64,000 nt of DNA from Nemertoderma westbladi (taxonomy: Eukaryota; Animalia; Xenacoelomorpha): the NCBI GenBank assembly GCA_032718475.1, contig JAUCBJ010004291.1, forward strand, positions 12,129-76,128. The letters are read 5' to 3'. Made by a program: the position numbers and the translations under genes. Positions 33,639 through 46,530 of the stretch are shown piece after piece. The notes under the pieces were generated by a model, which saw nothing but the letters and a program-made list of their open reading frames with translations, searched no databases and was not told where the DNA came from. The stretch's first letter is position 1; the number at the start of each line of letters is the position of its first letter.

Positions 33639-34964
33639 TATGGTGGCCCAGAAGGGACAACTTCAAAAATATTTCATTTCAAGAAAAAAAAAACGACAAA
33701 AACAAATTATCCATTAAATTCTTGTTTTTGTCGTTTTTTTATGACTTTCAATATTGTTTAGTTCGTATTTCAGTAGTTAGTGCACTAAATGTGTTATATA
33801 AATGTGCATTATATATATCTCTTTGAATGGTTTTAAATATTTCTTGATTGTTTCATGCTTTGTTAATAATTGTAATTGTGTTAACTTTTTTAATAAAAAA
33901 ATAAATCATTTCAAATATGGGGGGTTATTATGGGGGGGGGGGGGGGGGGGGGGTAACAAATACAATGATATATGATATATAATTACACCTTAATACATTA
34001 GTATTAAAACTTTAACAGTACAATAATTGGCCTTCTCAAATTTCGAATTCCTTTAACAAGAAACGCATTTGTGTGTAGAAATGGAAAGCATCCGTATTGT
34101 TACTTGGAGGCTTGGGAATGTCCCCATCGAAAATAATGGCCAACAATTCAATAAATTCGTTGGAACATCCTACATGGTTCCAGGATTTACTGAATGTATC
34201 CACAAGTCCCCTAATATCTTGCTTTGTGATAGGTAAAGGTAAGGCGCAGTCTTGCTTATCATACTCCCCCGGCGCATTATACAATATATCTGGGATGCCA
34301 CCGATAAAGTTTATCTTAGAATTCTTGGGCATCCTGTTTGTGTTCCAATCTTGAATAAAAGTATCTAATTGTGCTTGAATGAGTGTAAAGAAAGAGTATA
34401 GAGTAAAGAGTAGAGTTTGCCGTAAACGAGCATTAACACCAGCCGGATCAATGTGTTTAAGATGTATTCTAACAGTTTCTCGGCGATGGTTTATAAAGTG
34501 CCGACTCCATAAGCGTCGATGAATCGTCCGATACCCACAATTAATTGCAGAAAATTCAACAAGTTCCGATTCTAACGCACGTAATACACGAGGAAGTGAC
34601 TGCTCGTAACAACGGCTCCTAAGATTTAAATCAGCTCTACGTTGTCTAATTGTCCTATCGCTAATAGTTATTCCATGTTGCGATTTCAATAGCACCCTTG
34701 TATCTCTAACAGTAAAACGTAGGTAATAATACGCCGAAATTAAGAAATCCATTTCTGGATTTACCAAAACAAGCATGTAGGCCTAAAGTCTGTTTTAAAT
34801 CTCCCTCTCAAAACCTTCCTTACTTAAAACAAAATTTCGTTTTTGTCGTTTTTTTTATTTGTAGTAAAATAAAAAAAACAAGAAATTCATGAATAATTTG
34901 TTTTTGTCGTTTTTTTTTACTCGAAATGAAATATTTTTTAAGTTGTCCCTTCTGGGCCACCATA
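33639..34964 (-). mobile_element. IS3EU-like DNA transposon, internally deleted
   Basis: TATGG...CCATA termini, TIR tatggtggcccagaagggacaactt extending ~100 bp, direct repeat tgaaaac on both flanks (33632-33638, 34965-34971). Confidence 0.85.
34036..34776 (-). CDS. IS3EU-like transposase lacking the DDE core
   Basis: N-terminal HGITISDRTIR..., GYRTIHRRL...RETVR..L..IDPAGV..R is joined in frame to the C-terminal LDTFIQDWN...GGIPDILY; the WHxDG/DDE segment is absent. Confidence 0.75.
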   Translation of the reverse strand: MLVLVNPEMDFLISAYYYLRFTVRDTRVLLKSQHGITISDRTIRQRRADLNLRSRCYEQSLPRVLRALESELVEFSAINCGYRTIHRRLWSRHFINHRRETVRIHLKHIDPAGVNARLRQTLLFTLYSFFTLIQAQLDTFIQDWNTNRMPKNSKINFIGGIPDILYNAPGEYDKQDCALPLPITKQDIRGLVDTFSKSWNHVGCSNEFIELLAIIFDGDIPKPPSNNTDAFHFYTQMRFLLKEFEI

Positions 34965-35249
34965 TGAAAACTAATAAATCTCAATGGAATAAATCTAATT
35001 ATCGTTTGAAAATTTAAGTGATGCGTTTTGGTGTAGAAGTGAGCTATTTTGGTGGAAAGTGAGCCGTTTTGGTGGAAAGGTGATTTTTTTTAACTAATCG
35101 ATTTGGTGCAAAAAGGTCTCTAATTTGGTGGGCAAATAATTTGTTCCATAAAACTTCTATAAAACTTGTTCTATCAATTCCCATTTACAACCTTGATAGT
35201 TGAGGAGAGCTGGGTTGAAGGAATGTTTGTGGCATTGTTACTATGGTGG

Positions 35250-35610
35250 CACTAATGAATCATGACACAGAACAGTACTATAAGGCTTGGGTTGACACAT
35301 TTCCTCAATTCGAACAACCAAGTAAACTGCCATGTAAGTGGCATATTAAGAGATAATGGACTGAGAACATAGCCTTGGCTCAACTGGATAAATTTTCTTT
35401 TGCAGCTGCAAATGAGTTTACACGGTCTGTGGCAAGCGAAACAAACTAGTACACTGTTGCATACAATCCATTAGTGAACTGTAGCAAACAGATTTCACCA
35501 ATATGTAACATCTGTTGTCACTGAAACAAGTGTTCTTGTAAGGATGCGGTTTTCACGAAAAGGTGCATTTTTGTAAACATATCCATGCAGTCTGCATTCG
35601 GTATCATGCT
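35250..35610 (+). pseudogene. MULE transposase/SWIM zinc-finger relic
   Basis: MNHDTEQYYKAWVDTF...KLPCKWHIKR*W (MULE D...CxWH motif), then CSCKD...FCKHIHAV (SWIM); contains a stop, a frameshift and deletions. Confidence 0.75.
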
Positions 35611-35619
35611 GTTAGAACA

Positions 35620-38600
35620 ATGTCTGTTCCACAGGAAGATATCCCGTCTGTTCCGCAGGAAGTAATCATGTCTGTTCCACAGGAAGATATCCAGTCTGTT
35701 CCACTAGAAGATATCCCTTCTGTTCCACAGGAAGATATCACATCTGTTGCACAGGAAGATATCCCATCTGTTCCGCAGGAAGATATCCCATCTGTTCCAC
35801 AGGAAGATATCCCGTCTGTTCCGCAGGAAGTAATCATGTCTGTTCCACAGGAAGATATCCAGTCTGTTCCACTAGAAGATATTCCATCTGTTCCACAGGA
35901 AGATATCCCATCTGTTCCACAGGAAGATATCCCATCTGTTCCACAGGAAGATATCCATCTGTTCCACAGGAAGATATCCTGTCTGTTCCACAGGAATATA
36001 TCCCATCTGTTCTACAGGAAAATATCCCGTCTGTTCCACAGGAAGATATTCCATCTGTTTAACAGGAAGATATCCCGTCTGTTCCACAGGAAGATATCCC
36101 ATCTGTTCCACAGGAAGATATCCCATCTGTTCCACAGGAAGATATCCCATCTGTTCCACAGGAAGATATCCCATCTGTTCCACAGGAAGATATCCCGTCT
36201 GTTCCACAGGAAGATATTCCATCTGTTCCACAGGAAGATATCCCATCTGTTCCACAGGAAGATATCCCATCTGTTCCACAGGAAGATATCCCGTCTGTTC
36301 CGCAGGAATATATCCCATCTGTTCCACAGGAAGATATCCCATCTCTTCCACAGGAAGATATCCCGTCTGTTCCACATGAAGATATCCCATATGTTCCACA
36401 GGAAGATATCCCATCTGTTGCACAGGAAGATATCCAATCTGTTCTACAGGAAGATATCCTGTCTGTTCCACTAGAAGATATCCCTTCTGTTCCACAGGAA
36501 GATATCCTATCTGTTCCACAGGAAGATATCCAGTCTGTTCCGGAGGAAGATATCCCATCTGTTGCACAGGAAGATATCCAATCTGTTCCACAGGAAGATA
36601 TCCTATCTGTTCCACAGGAAGATATCCAGTCTGTTCCGGAGGAAGATATTCCATCTGTTCTACAGGAAGATATCCCATCTGTTCCACAGGAAGATATCCC
36701 ATCTGTTCCACAGGAAGATATCCCGTCTGTTCAACATGAAGATATCCCATATGTTCCTCAGAAAGATATCCCATCTGTTGCACAGGAAGATATCCAATCT
36801 GTTCTACAGGAAGATATCCTGTCTGTTCCACTAGAAGATATCCCTTCTGTTCCACAGGAAGATATCCTATCTGTTCCACAGGAAGATATCCAGTCTGTTC
36901 CGGAGGAAGATATTCCATCTGTTCTACAGGAAGATATCCCATCTGTTCCACAGGAAGATATCCCATCTGTTCCACATGAAGATATCCCATATGTTCCACA
37001 GGAAGATATCCCGTGTGTTCCACATGAAGATATCCCATATGTTCCACAGGAAGATATCCCATCTGTTGCACAGGAAGATATCCAATCTGTTCTACAGGAA
37101 GATATCTTGTCTGTTCCACTAGAAGATATCCCTTCTGTTCCACAGGAAGATATCCAGTCTGTTCCGGAGGAAGATATTCCATCTGTTCCACAGGAAGATA
37201 TCCCATCTGTTCCACAGGAAGATATCCCATCTGTTCCACAGGAAGATATCCCATCTGTTCCACAGGAAGATATCCCATCTGTTCCACAGGAAGATATCCC
37301 ATCTGTTCCACAGGAAGATATCCCGTCTGTTCCACAGGAAGATATTCCATCTGTTCCACAGGAAGATATCCCATCTGTTCCACAGGAAGATATCCCATCT
37401 GTTCCACAGGAAGATATCCAGTCTGTTCCAGAGGAAGATATTCCATCTGTTCCACAGGAAGATATCCCATCTGTTCCACAGGAAGATATCCCATCTGTTC
37501 CACAGGAAGATATCCAGTCTGTTCCAGAGGAAGATATTCCATCTGTTCCACAGGAAGATATCCCATCTGTTCCACAGGAAGATATCCCATCTGTTCCACA
37601 GGAAGATATCCTATCTGTTCCACAGGAAGATATCCAGTCTGTTCCAGAGGAAGATATTCCATCTGTTCCACAGGAAGATATCCCATCTGTTCCACAGGAA
37701 GATATCCCATCTGTTCCACAGGAAGATATCCCATCTGTTCCGCAGGAAGATATCCCATCTGTTCCACATGAAGATATCCCATCTGTTCCACAGGAAGATA
37801 TCCCGTCTGTTCCGCAGGAATATATCCCATCTGTTCCACAGGAAGATATCCCATCTGTTCCACAGGAAGATATCCCATCTGTTCCACAGGAAGATATCCC
37901 ATCTGTTCCACAGGAAGATATCCCGTCTGTTCCGCAGGAATATATCCCATCTGTTCCACATGAAGATATCCCTTCTGTTCCACAGGAAGATATCCCATCT
38001 GTTCCACAGGAAGATATCCCGTCTGTTCCACATGAAGATATCCCATATGTTCCACAGGAAGATATCCCATCTGTTGCACAGGAAGATATCCCGTCTGTTC
38101 CACAGGAAGATATCTTGTCTGTTGCACAGGAAGATATCCCATCTGTTCCGCAGGAAGATATCCCATCTGTTCCACATGAAGATATCCCGTCTGTTCCACA
38201 TAAAGATATCCCATATGTTCCACAGGAAGATATCCCATCTGTTGCACAGGAAGATATCCCGTCTGTTCCACAGGAAGATATCTTGTCTGTTGCACAGGAA
38301 GATATCCCATCTGTTCCACAGGAAGATATCCTGTCTGTTCCACTAGAAGATATCCCTTCTGTTCCACAGGAAGATATCCTATCTGTTCCACAGGAAGATA
38401 TCCAGTCTGTTCCGGAGGAAGATATCCCATCTGTTGCACAGGAAGATATCCAATCTGTTCCACAGGAAGATATCCTATCTGTTCCACAGGAAGATATCCA
38501 GTCTGTTCCGGAGGAAGATATTCCATCTGTTCTACAGGAAGATATCCCATCTGTTCCACAGGAAGATATCCCATCTGTTCCACAGGAAGATATCCCGTCT

Positions 38601-41600
38601 GTTCAACATGAAAATATCCCATATGTTCCACAGGAAGATATCCCATCTGTTGCACAGGAAGATATCCAATCTGTTCTACAGGAAGATATCCTGTCTGTTC
38701 CACTAGAAGATATCCCTTCTGTTCCACAGGAAGATATCCTATCTGTTCCACAGGAAGATATCCAGTCTGTTCCGGAGGAAGATATTCCATCTGTTCTACA
38801 GGAAGATATCCCATCTGTTCCACAGGAAGATATCCCATCTGTTCCACATGAAGATATCCCATATGTTCCACAGGAAGATATCCCGTCTGTTCCACATGAA
38901 GATATCCCATATGTTCCACAGGAAGATATCCCATCTGTTGCACAGGAAGATATCCAATCTGTTCTACAGGAAGATATCTTGTCTGTTCCACTAGAAGATA
39001 TCCCTTCTGTTCCACAGGAAGATATCCTATCTGTTCCACAGGAAGATATCCAGTCTGTTCCGGAGGAAGATATTCCATCTGTTCCACAGGAAGATATCCC
39101 ATCTGTTCCACAGGAAGATATCCCATCTGTTCCACAGGAAGATATCCCATCTGTTCCACAGGAAGATATCCCATCTGTTCCACAGGAAGATATCCCATCT
39201 GTTCCACAGGAAGATATCCCGTCTGTTCCACAGGAAGATATTCCATCTGTTCCACAGGAAGATATCCCATCTGTTCCACAGGAAGATATCCCATCTGTTC
39301 CACAGGAAGATATCCTATCTGTTCCACAGGAAGATATCCAGTCTGTTCCAGAGGAAGATATTCCATCTGTTCCACAGGAAGATATCCCATCTGTTCCACA
39401 GGAAGATATCCAGTCTGTTCCAGAGGAAGATATTCCATCTGTTCCACAGGAAGATATCCCATCTGTTCCACAGGAAGATATCCCATCTGTTCCACAGGAA
39501 GATATCCTATCTGTTCCACAGGAAGATATCCAGTCTGTTCCAGAGGAAGATATTCCATCTGTTCCACAGGAAGATATCCCATCTGTTCCACAGGAAGATA
39601 TCCCATCTGTTCCACAGGAAGATATCCCATCTGTTCCGCAGGAAGATATCCCATCTGTTCCACATGAAGATATCCCATCTGTTCCACAGGAAGATATCCC
39701 GTCTGTTCCGCAGGAATATATCCCATCTGTTCCACAGGAAGATATCCCATCTGTTCCACAGGAAGATATCCCATCTGTTCCACAGGAAGATATCCCATCT
39801 GTTCCACAGGAAGATATCCCGTCTGTTCCGCAGGAATATATCCCATCTGTTCCACAGGAAGATATCCCATCTGTTCCACAGGAAGATATCCCGTCTGTTC
39901 CACATGAAGATATCCCATATGTTCCACAGGAAGATATCCCATCTGTTGCACAGGAAGATATCCCGTCTGTTCCACAGGAAGATATCTTGTCTGTTGCACA
40001 GGAAGATATCCCATCTGTTCCGCAGGAAGATATCCCATCTGTTCCACATGAAGATATCCCGTCTGTTCCACATAAAGATATCCCATATGTTCCACAGGAA
40101 GATATCCCGTCTGTTCCACAGGAAGATATCTTGTCTGTTGCACAGGAAGATATCCCATCTGTTCCACAGGAAGATATCCCGTCTGTTCCACATGAAGATA
40201 TCCCATATGTTCCACAGGAAGATATCCCATCTGTTGCACAGGAAGATATCCCGTCTGTTCTACAGAAAGATATCTTGTCTGTTGCACAGGAAGATATCCC
40301 ATCTGTTCCGCAGGAAGATATCCCATCTGTTCCACATGAAGATATCCCATCTGTTCCGCAGGAAGATATCCTATCTGTTCCACAGGAAGATATCCAGTCT
40401 GTTCCAGAGGAAGATATTCCATCTGTTCTACAGGAAGATATCCCATCTGTTCTACAGGAAGATATCCTGTCTGTTCCACAAGAAGATATCCCATCTGTTG
40501 CACAGGAAGATATCCTGTCTGTTCCACTAGAAGATATCCCATCTGTTCCGCAGGAAGATATCCTATCTGTTCCACAGGAAGATATCCCATCTGTTCCGCA
40601 GGAAGATATCCCATCTGTTCCACATGAAGATATCCCATCTGTTCCACAGGAAGATATCCTATCTGTTCCACAGGAAGATATCCCGTCTGTTCCAGAGGAA
40701 GATATTCCATCTGTTCCACAGGAAGATATCCTGTCTGTTCCACTAGAAGATATCCCATCTGTTCCGCAGGAAGATATCCTATCTGTTCCACAGGAAGATA
40801 TCCAGTCTGTTCCAGAGGAAGATATTCCATCTGTTCTACAGGAAGATATCCCATCTGTTCTACAGGAAGATATCCTGTCTGTTCCACAAGAAGATATCCC
40901 ATCTGTTGCACAGGAAGATATCCTGTCTGTTCCACTAGAAGATATCCCATCTGTTCCGCAGGAAGATATCCTATCTGTTCCACAGGAAGATATCCCATCT
41001 GTTCCACAGGAAGATATCCTATCTGTTCCACAGGAAGATATCCCGTCTGTTCCAGAGGAAGATATTCCATCTGTTCTACAGGAAGATATCCCATCTGTTC
41101 TACAGGAAGATATCCTGTCTGTTCCACAAGAAGATATCCCATCTGTTGCACAGGAAGATATCCCATCTGTTCTACAGGAAGATATCCTGTCTGTTCCACT
41201 AGAAGATATCCCATCTTTTGCACAGGAAGATATCCTGTCTGTTCCACTAGAAGATATCCCATCTGTTCCGCAGGAAGATATCCTATCTGTTCCACAGGAA
41301 GATATCCAGTCTGTTCCAGAGGAAGATATTCCATCTGTTCTACAGGAAGATATCCTGTCTGTTCCACAGGAAGATATCCCATCTGTTCCACAGGAAGATA
41401 TCCCATCTGTTCTACAGGAAGATATCCCGTCTGTTCCGCAGGAAGATATCCCATCTGTTCTACAGGAAGATATCCTGTCTGTTCCAGAGGAAGATATCCA
41501 GTCTGTTCCAGAGGAAGATATTCCATCTGTTCTACAGGAAGATATCCCATCTGTTATACAGGAAGATATCCTGTCTGTTCCACAAGAAGATATCCCATCT

Positions 41601-43490
41601 GTTGCACAGGAAGATATCCTGTCTGTTCCACTAGAAGATATCCCATCTGTTCCGCAGGAAGATATCCTATCTGTTCCACAGGAAGATATCCCATCTGTTC
41701 CACAGGAAGATATCCTATCTGTTCCACAGGAAGATATCCCGTCTGTTCCAGAGGAAGATATTCCATCTGTTCTACAGGAAGATATCCCATCTGTTCTACA
41801 GGAAGATATCCTGTCTGTTCCACAAGAAGATATCCCATCTGTTGCACAGGAAGATATCCCATCTGTTCTACAGGAAGATATCCTGTCTGTTCCACTAGAA
41901 GATATCCCATCTGTTGCACAGGAAGATATCCTGTCTGTTCCACTAGAAGATATCCCATCTGTTCCGCAGGAAGATATCCTATCTGTTCCACAGGAAGATA
42001 TCCAGTCTGTTCCAGAGGAAGATATTCCATCTGTTCTACAGGAAGATATCCTGTCTGTTCCACAGGAAGATATCCCATCTGTTCCACAGGAAGATATCCC
42101 ATCTGTTCTACAGGAAGATATCCCGTCTGTTCCGCAGGAAGATATCCCATCTGTTCTACAGGAAGATATCCTGTCTGTTCCAGAGGAAGATATCCAGTCT
42201 GTTCCAGAGGAAGATATTCCATCTGTTATGCAGGAAAATATCCAGTCTGTTCCGCAGGAAGTAATCATGTCTGTTCCACATGAAGATATCCTGTCTGTTC
42301 CACTAGAAGATATCCCATCTGTTGCACAGGAAGATATCCTGTCTGTTCCACTAGAAGATATCCCATCTGTTCCGCAGGAAGATATCCTATCTGTTCCACA
42401 GGAAGATATCCAGTCTGTTCCAGAGGAAGATATTCCATCTGTTCTACAGGAAGATATCCTGTCTGTTCCACAGGAAGATATCCCATCTGTTCCACAGGAA
42501 GATATCCCATCTGTTCTACAGGAAGATATCCCGTCTGTTCCGCAGGAAGATATCCCATCTGTTCTACAGGAAGATATCCTGTCTGTTCCAGAGGAAGATA
42601 TCCAGTCTGTTCCAGAGGAAGATATTCCATCTGTTATGCAGGAAAATATCCAGTCTGTTCCGCAGGAAGTAATCATGTCTGTTCCACAGGAAGATATCCT
42701 ATCTGTTGCACAGGAAGATATCACATCTGTTCTACAGGAAGATATCCTGTCTGTTCCACTAGAAGATATCCCATCTGTTCCGCAGGAAGATATCCCATCT
42801 GTTCTACAGGAAGATATCCTGTCTGTTCCACAGGAAGATATCCAGTCTGTTCCAGAGGAAGATATTCCATCTGTTCTGCAGGAAAATATCCCATCTGTTC
42901 CACAGGAAGATATCCTGTCTGTTCCACAGGAATATATCCCATCTGTTCTACAGGAAGATATCCTGTCTGTTCCACAGGAAGATATCCAGTCTGTTCCAGA
43001 GGAAGATATTCCATCTGTTCTGCAGGAAAATATCCCATCTGTTCCACAGGAAGATATCCTGTCTGTTCTACAGGAAGATATCCTGTCTGTTCCACTAGAA
43101 GATATCCCTTCTGTTCCACAGGAAGATATCCCATCTGTTCCACAGGAAGATATCCTATCTGTTCCACAGGAAGATATCCAGTCTGTTCCAGAGGAAGATA
43201 TTCCATCTGTTCTGCAGGAAAATATCCCATCTGTTCCACAGGAATATATCCCATCTGTTCTACAGGAAGATATCCTGTCTGTTCCACTAGAAGATATCCC
43301 TTCTGTTCCACAGGAAGATATCCCATCTGTTCCACAGGAAGATATCCTATATGTTCCACAGGAAGATATCCAGTCTGTTCCAGAGGAAGATATTCCATCT
43401 GTTCTGCAGGAAAATATCCCATCTGTTCCACAGGAAGATATCCTGTCTGTTCCACAGGAATATATCCCATCTGTTCCACAGGAAAATACC
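35620..43490. repeat. 24-bp minisatellite (tctgttccacaggaagatatccca), ~330 copies with higher-order duplications
   Basis: Direct observation; explains all long ORFs between 35563 and 43758. One 1-nt deletion near 35956. Confidence 0.98.
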
Positions 43491-44789
43491 CTGGCTGTTC
43501 ATCATACTGTCCTTCAGGTGGTTCATGATGCTGATATTGAATAACTGTCCAAAAATGATTTATGTTAACCACAACTGGTTTCTGATTTTTGGGTTTCTGG
43601 AATTCCTAAAACGTTCTGGGAGGCTACCTCTGCCATGTCTAAGTCTAAGGACCTGGTACCCTACTCCCCTGCTTCATCTGAACAAACTGAATACTTTGTT
43701 GCATAAGCCGAAAATTACGCACAGCAATAAATTAATGAATGGCTCACAATGCCATTGACAACATTATAAAATCCTTAACATGTGATTGCCACTACTCCCA
43801 AAGTCACTTACTAATAAACAAATTATCATACACAGCCGCATTCCCTCAAACCAACAGCCCACATTCATCCACATTCCGTTGTACTGTAATAGGCCCTCTA
43901 TGCCATCTCCTTTGTGATTGACTGACATGAATTGATTGATTTTCCAGATATTAAATGACTTGATATTTTCCAGATGGCAGAGATGCCCGAAAAGAGATAA
44001 ATAAGTAAGGCCTCAATCAGCCACAGCCACCATAATAAATGCATATCATAAATGACATAAGCAAAAAAATATATAAATAAAAATATAACCACATTGGTAA
44101 CCATGGCTACAAATTCCAACCCGTAGCATTTGAGACGCTCGGTCGCCCTGGTCTTTTTCGACCATGCCTCCTTTCCTAAAGGATCTCGGGAGAATGAATA
44201 CTCCACTCGGCCATTCAGGGACCACGTTCGCATTGCTTCCTTCTTCAGCGCATTTTAGAGGCCATTTTAATAGGCAACACCGCTTCAATACTTGGAACTG
44301 TAGTCTCGCCATCTCTGAGGGCCTTTTGAGGGCATTTGATATCTGGGAAGACCCCCAACCACCACCCCTCCTAGGACCACCCGCACACTAAATTAATCCT
44401 GTCTTTCTTGCTCCAGCGCGCTTTCTTATTTAACTAATCAAGGTCTAGTTTATTTTAATATAAATTATATAATTATTTTAATTCCATTCTTTAAGGATTC
44501 TTTTAACCTTGCTTTTAAATTTAAATTATATATATCTAAGATGTGCATTGTGCCTGGCGTATCATATGTACTGTAGGTAGCTACGATTTTACTATAGTGT
44601 ATTAATTAATTATTGAATCGAGAGTACACGTTTATTACCAAAACATTTTGGTTTTTGGGGTAAAATTAATTAATTATTTATTTAGTAACAGCACAATTTT
44701 TTAAAATTAATAATATTCTAGTAATTTAATTTATAAAACATGTAGTTAAAAATCATGTAGGTTGATGGTCATAGTTCATTAAAAACAGG

Positions 44790-45497
44790 GCAGCCTTCAG
44801 CTTCGACAATCCACGAGGAAATGAGGTGCAATTATTGTAATGGGTGGCTTCTGTTGCTTGGCAACTGCATAAACAGCAAATGCATGAATCGATAGGTACC
44901 AGCAGTTCGGTGTGGAACATAGCTTATGGTGGCAACCGTTTGACACTAGCTGTGCCATTGATCGCCGCCGATAGCCTGTTAAACCCGCTAAGTTAGTGTC
45001 AGAGCTCGAAGCGTTGTCAATTGATTCTAGAATAGGGGTGGACCGGGCATATTTCGAGATTCCGCACCACATTTTCCAGTAAAAGGCACGTACTTTACGT
45101 ATATGTTCCAAAGAGTTAATATTATCTTTTGTGGTGAATATATCACAACCATATGTTACTGTCGGAAGGACAATAGCTATGTATAATTTCCTAGCGGTTT
45201 CCATGTTAGTCATTGGTAGGTTGACTTTGGTGGCGATTCGAGCACAACATGCTATACCTTTCTTATATAGGTGTGTGTAGTATTTGCTGGCGCCGTTCTT
45301 TGTGGATATTACCACTCCTAGATATTCGAAACTATCACAAAATTCTATACTTTGTCCCATATATGTCAATAGATCTGATCTTGCCGGGTGTCCACCTCTC
45401 CTGAATTTTACGGCTTTTGTTTTCGACAAATTGACTGTCAGATTGTTTACCCTGCAGTATTCAGCAAGTTTATCCAGTGATTCTTGTACATCAGTAT
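44790..45497 (-). mobile_element. 5'-truncated LINE: RT C-terminus and thumb region
   Basis: LDKLAEYCRVNNLTVNLSKTKAVKF...FEYLGV...LPTVTYGC. Confidence 0.8.
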
Positions 45498-45964
45498 CTT
45501 ATTAATTAATTATTAAGATGCCAATTAAAGAATAATGTTTCTTCTACTTTCATTGGTAAATGTTCATCAATAATATTAGTTGGTTATGGAGCCCCTAAAG
45601 GGACATGTACAAATTTGTTTTCCTATCTTGTGTACACAACTTAATATCTTGTTATCTTGTATCTTAATATCTTTTTGCGTTTTTCTGGGGAAGTCAAGTG
45701 TGGGAACTTCACATTCTCCTTCTTTTTACGTTTTCGGCCGTTTTTGGAGACTGATATATTGGGAACCACATGGTTTGATTCATTTTCAGGGCATGTTCCA
45801 CCCGAATATACACATCCCGATGATTCGTTAAGCTCCTCAAGCTCATTAATCTCAATAAACATCGCCTCAATATCTTGATTGTTTGATGTATCAACAAACT
45901 CGTTTCCCATATCTTGCACTACAGTCCCATTAACCACATAGTCTTCAACACCAGCCACCAGACA

Positions 45965-46530
45965 CACCACACCATCGTCAACTAGTTAGTCCCTTTCCAC
46001 CAAATTACCCACACCATCACCAACTAGTTCGTCCCTTTCCACCAAATTACCCACACCATCACCAATAAGTTCATCCCATTCCACCAAATTACCTACACCA
46101 TCACCAACAAGTTCGTCTCTTTCCACTAAATTACCCACACCATCACCAACAAGTTCATCCCATTCCACCAAATTACCCACATCATCGCCAACAAGTTCTT
46201 CCTGTTCCACAAAATTACCCACACTATCGCCAACAAGTTCATCCCGTTCCACTAAATTAACCACACCATCACCAACACGTTTGTCCTGTTCCACCAAATT
46301 ACCCACACTATCACCAACAAGTTCGTCATGTTCCACTAAATTACCCACACCATCGCCAACTAGTTCTTCCTTTTCCACCAAATAACCCTCACCATCACCA
46401 ACTAGTTCTTCCCATTCCACCAAATTACCCACACCATCACCAACTAGTTCTTCCCTTTCCACCAAATTACCCACGCCATCACCAACAAGTTCGTCCCATT
46501 CCACCAAATTACCCACAACATCACCAAACA
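45965..46530. repeat. 42-bp minisatellite, ~13 copies (GNLVERDELVGDGV on the minus strand)
   Basis: Unit acccacaccatcaccaactagttcgtccctttccaccaaatt. Confidence 0.9.

Noticed and set aside
35620-43490. CRISPR-like array
   Set aside because: Units are head-to-tail with no unique spacers, there are no cas genes, and the context is eukaryotic.
35872-43572. Very long ORFs of 1892, 2145 and 1373 aa as genuine genes
   Set aside because: They overlap on both strands and arise because the 24-bp consensus unit has no stop codons; they have no non-repetitive domains.
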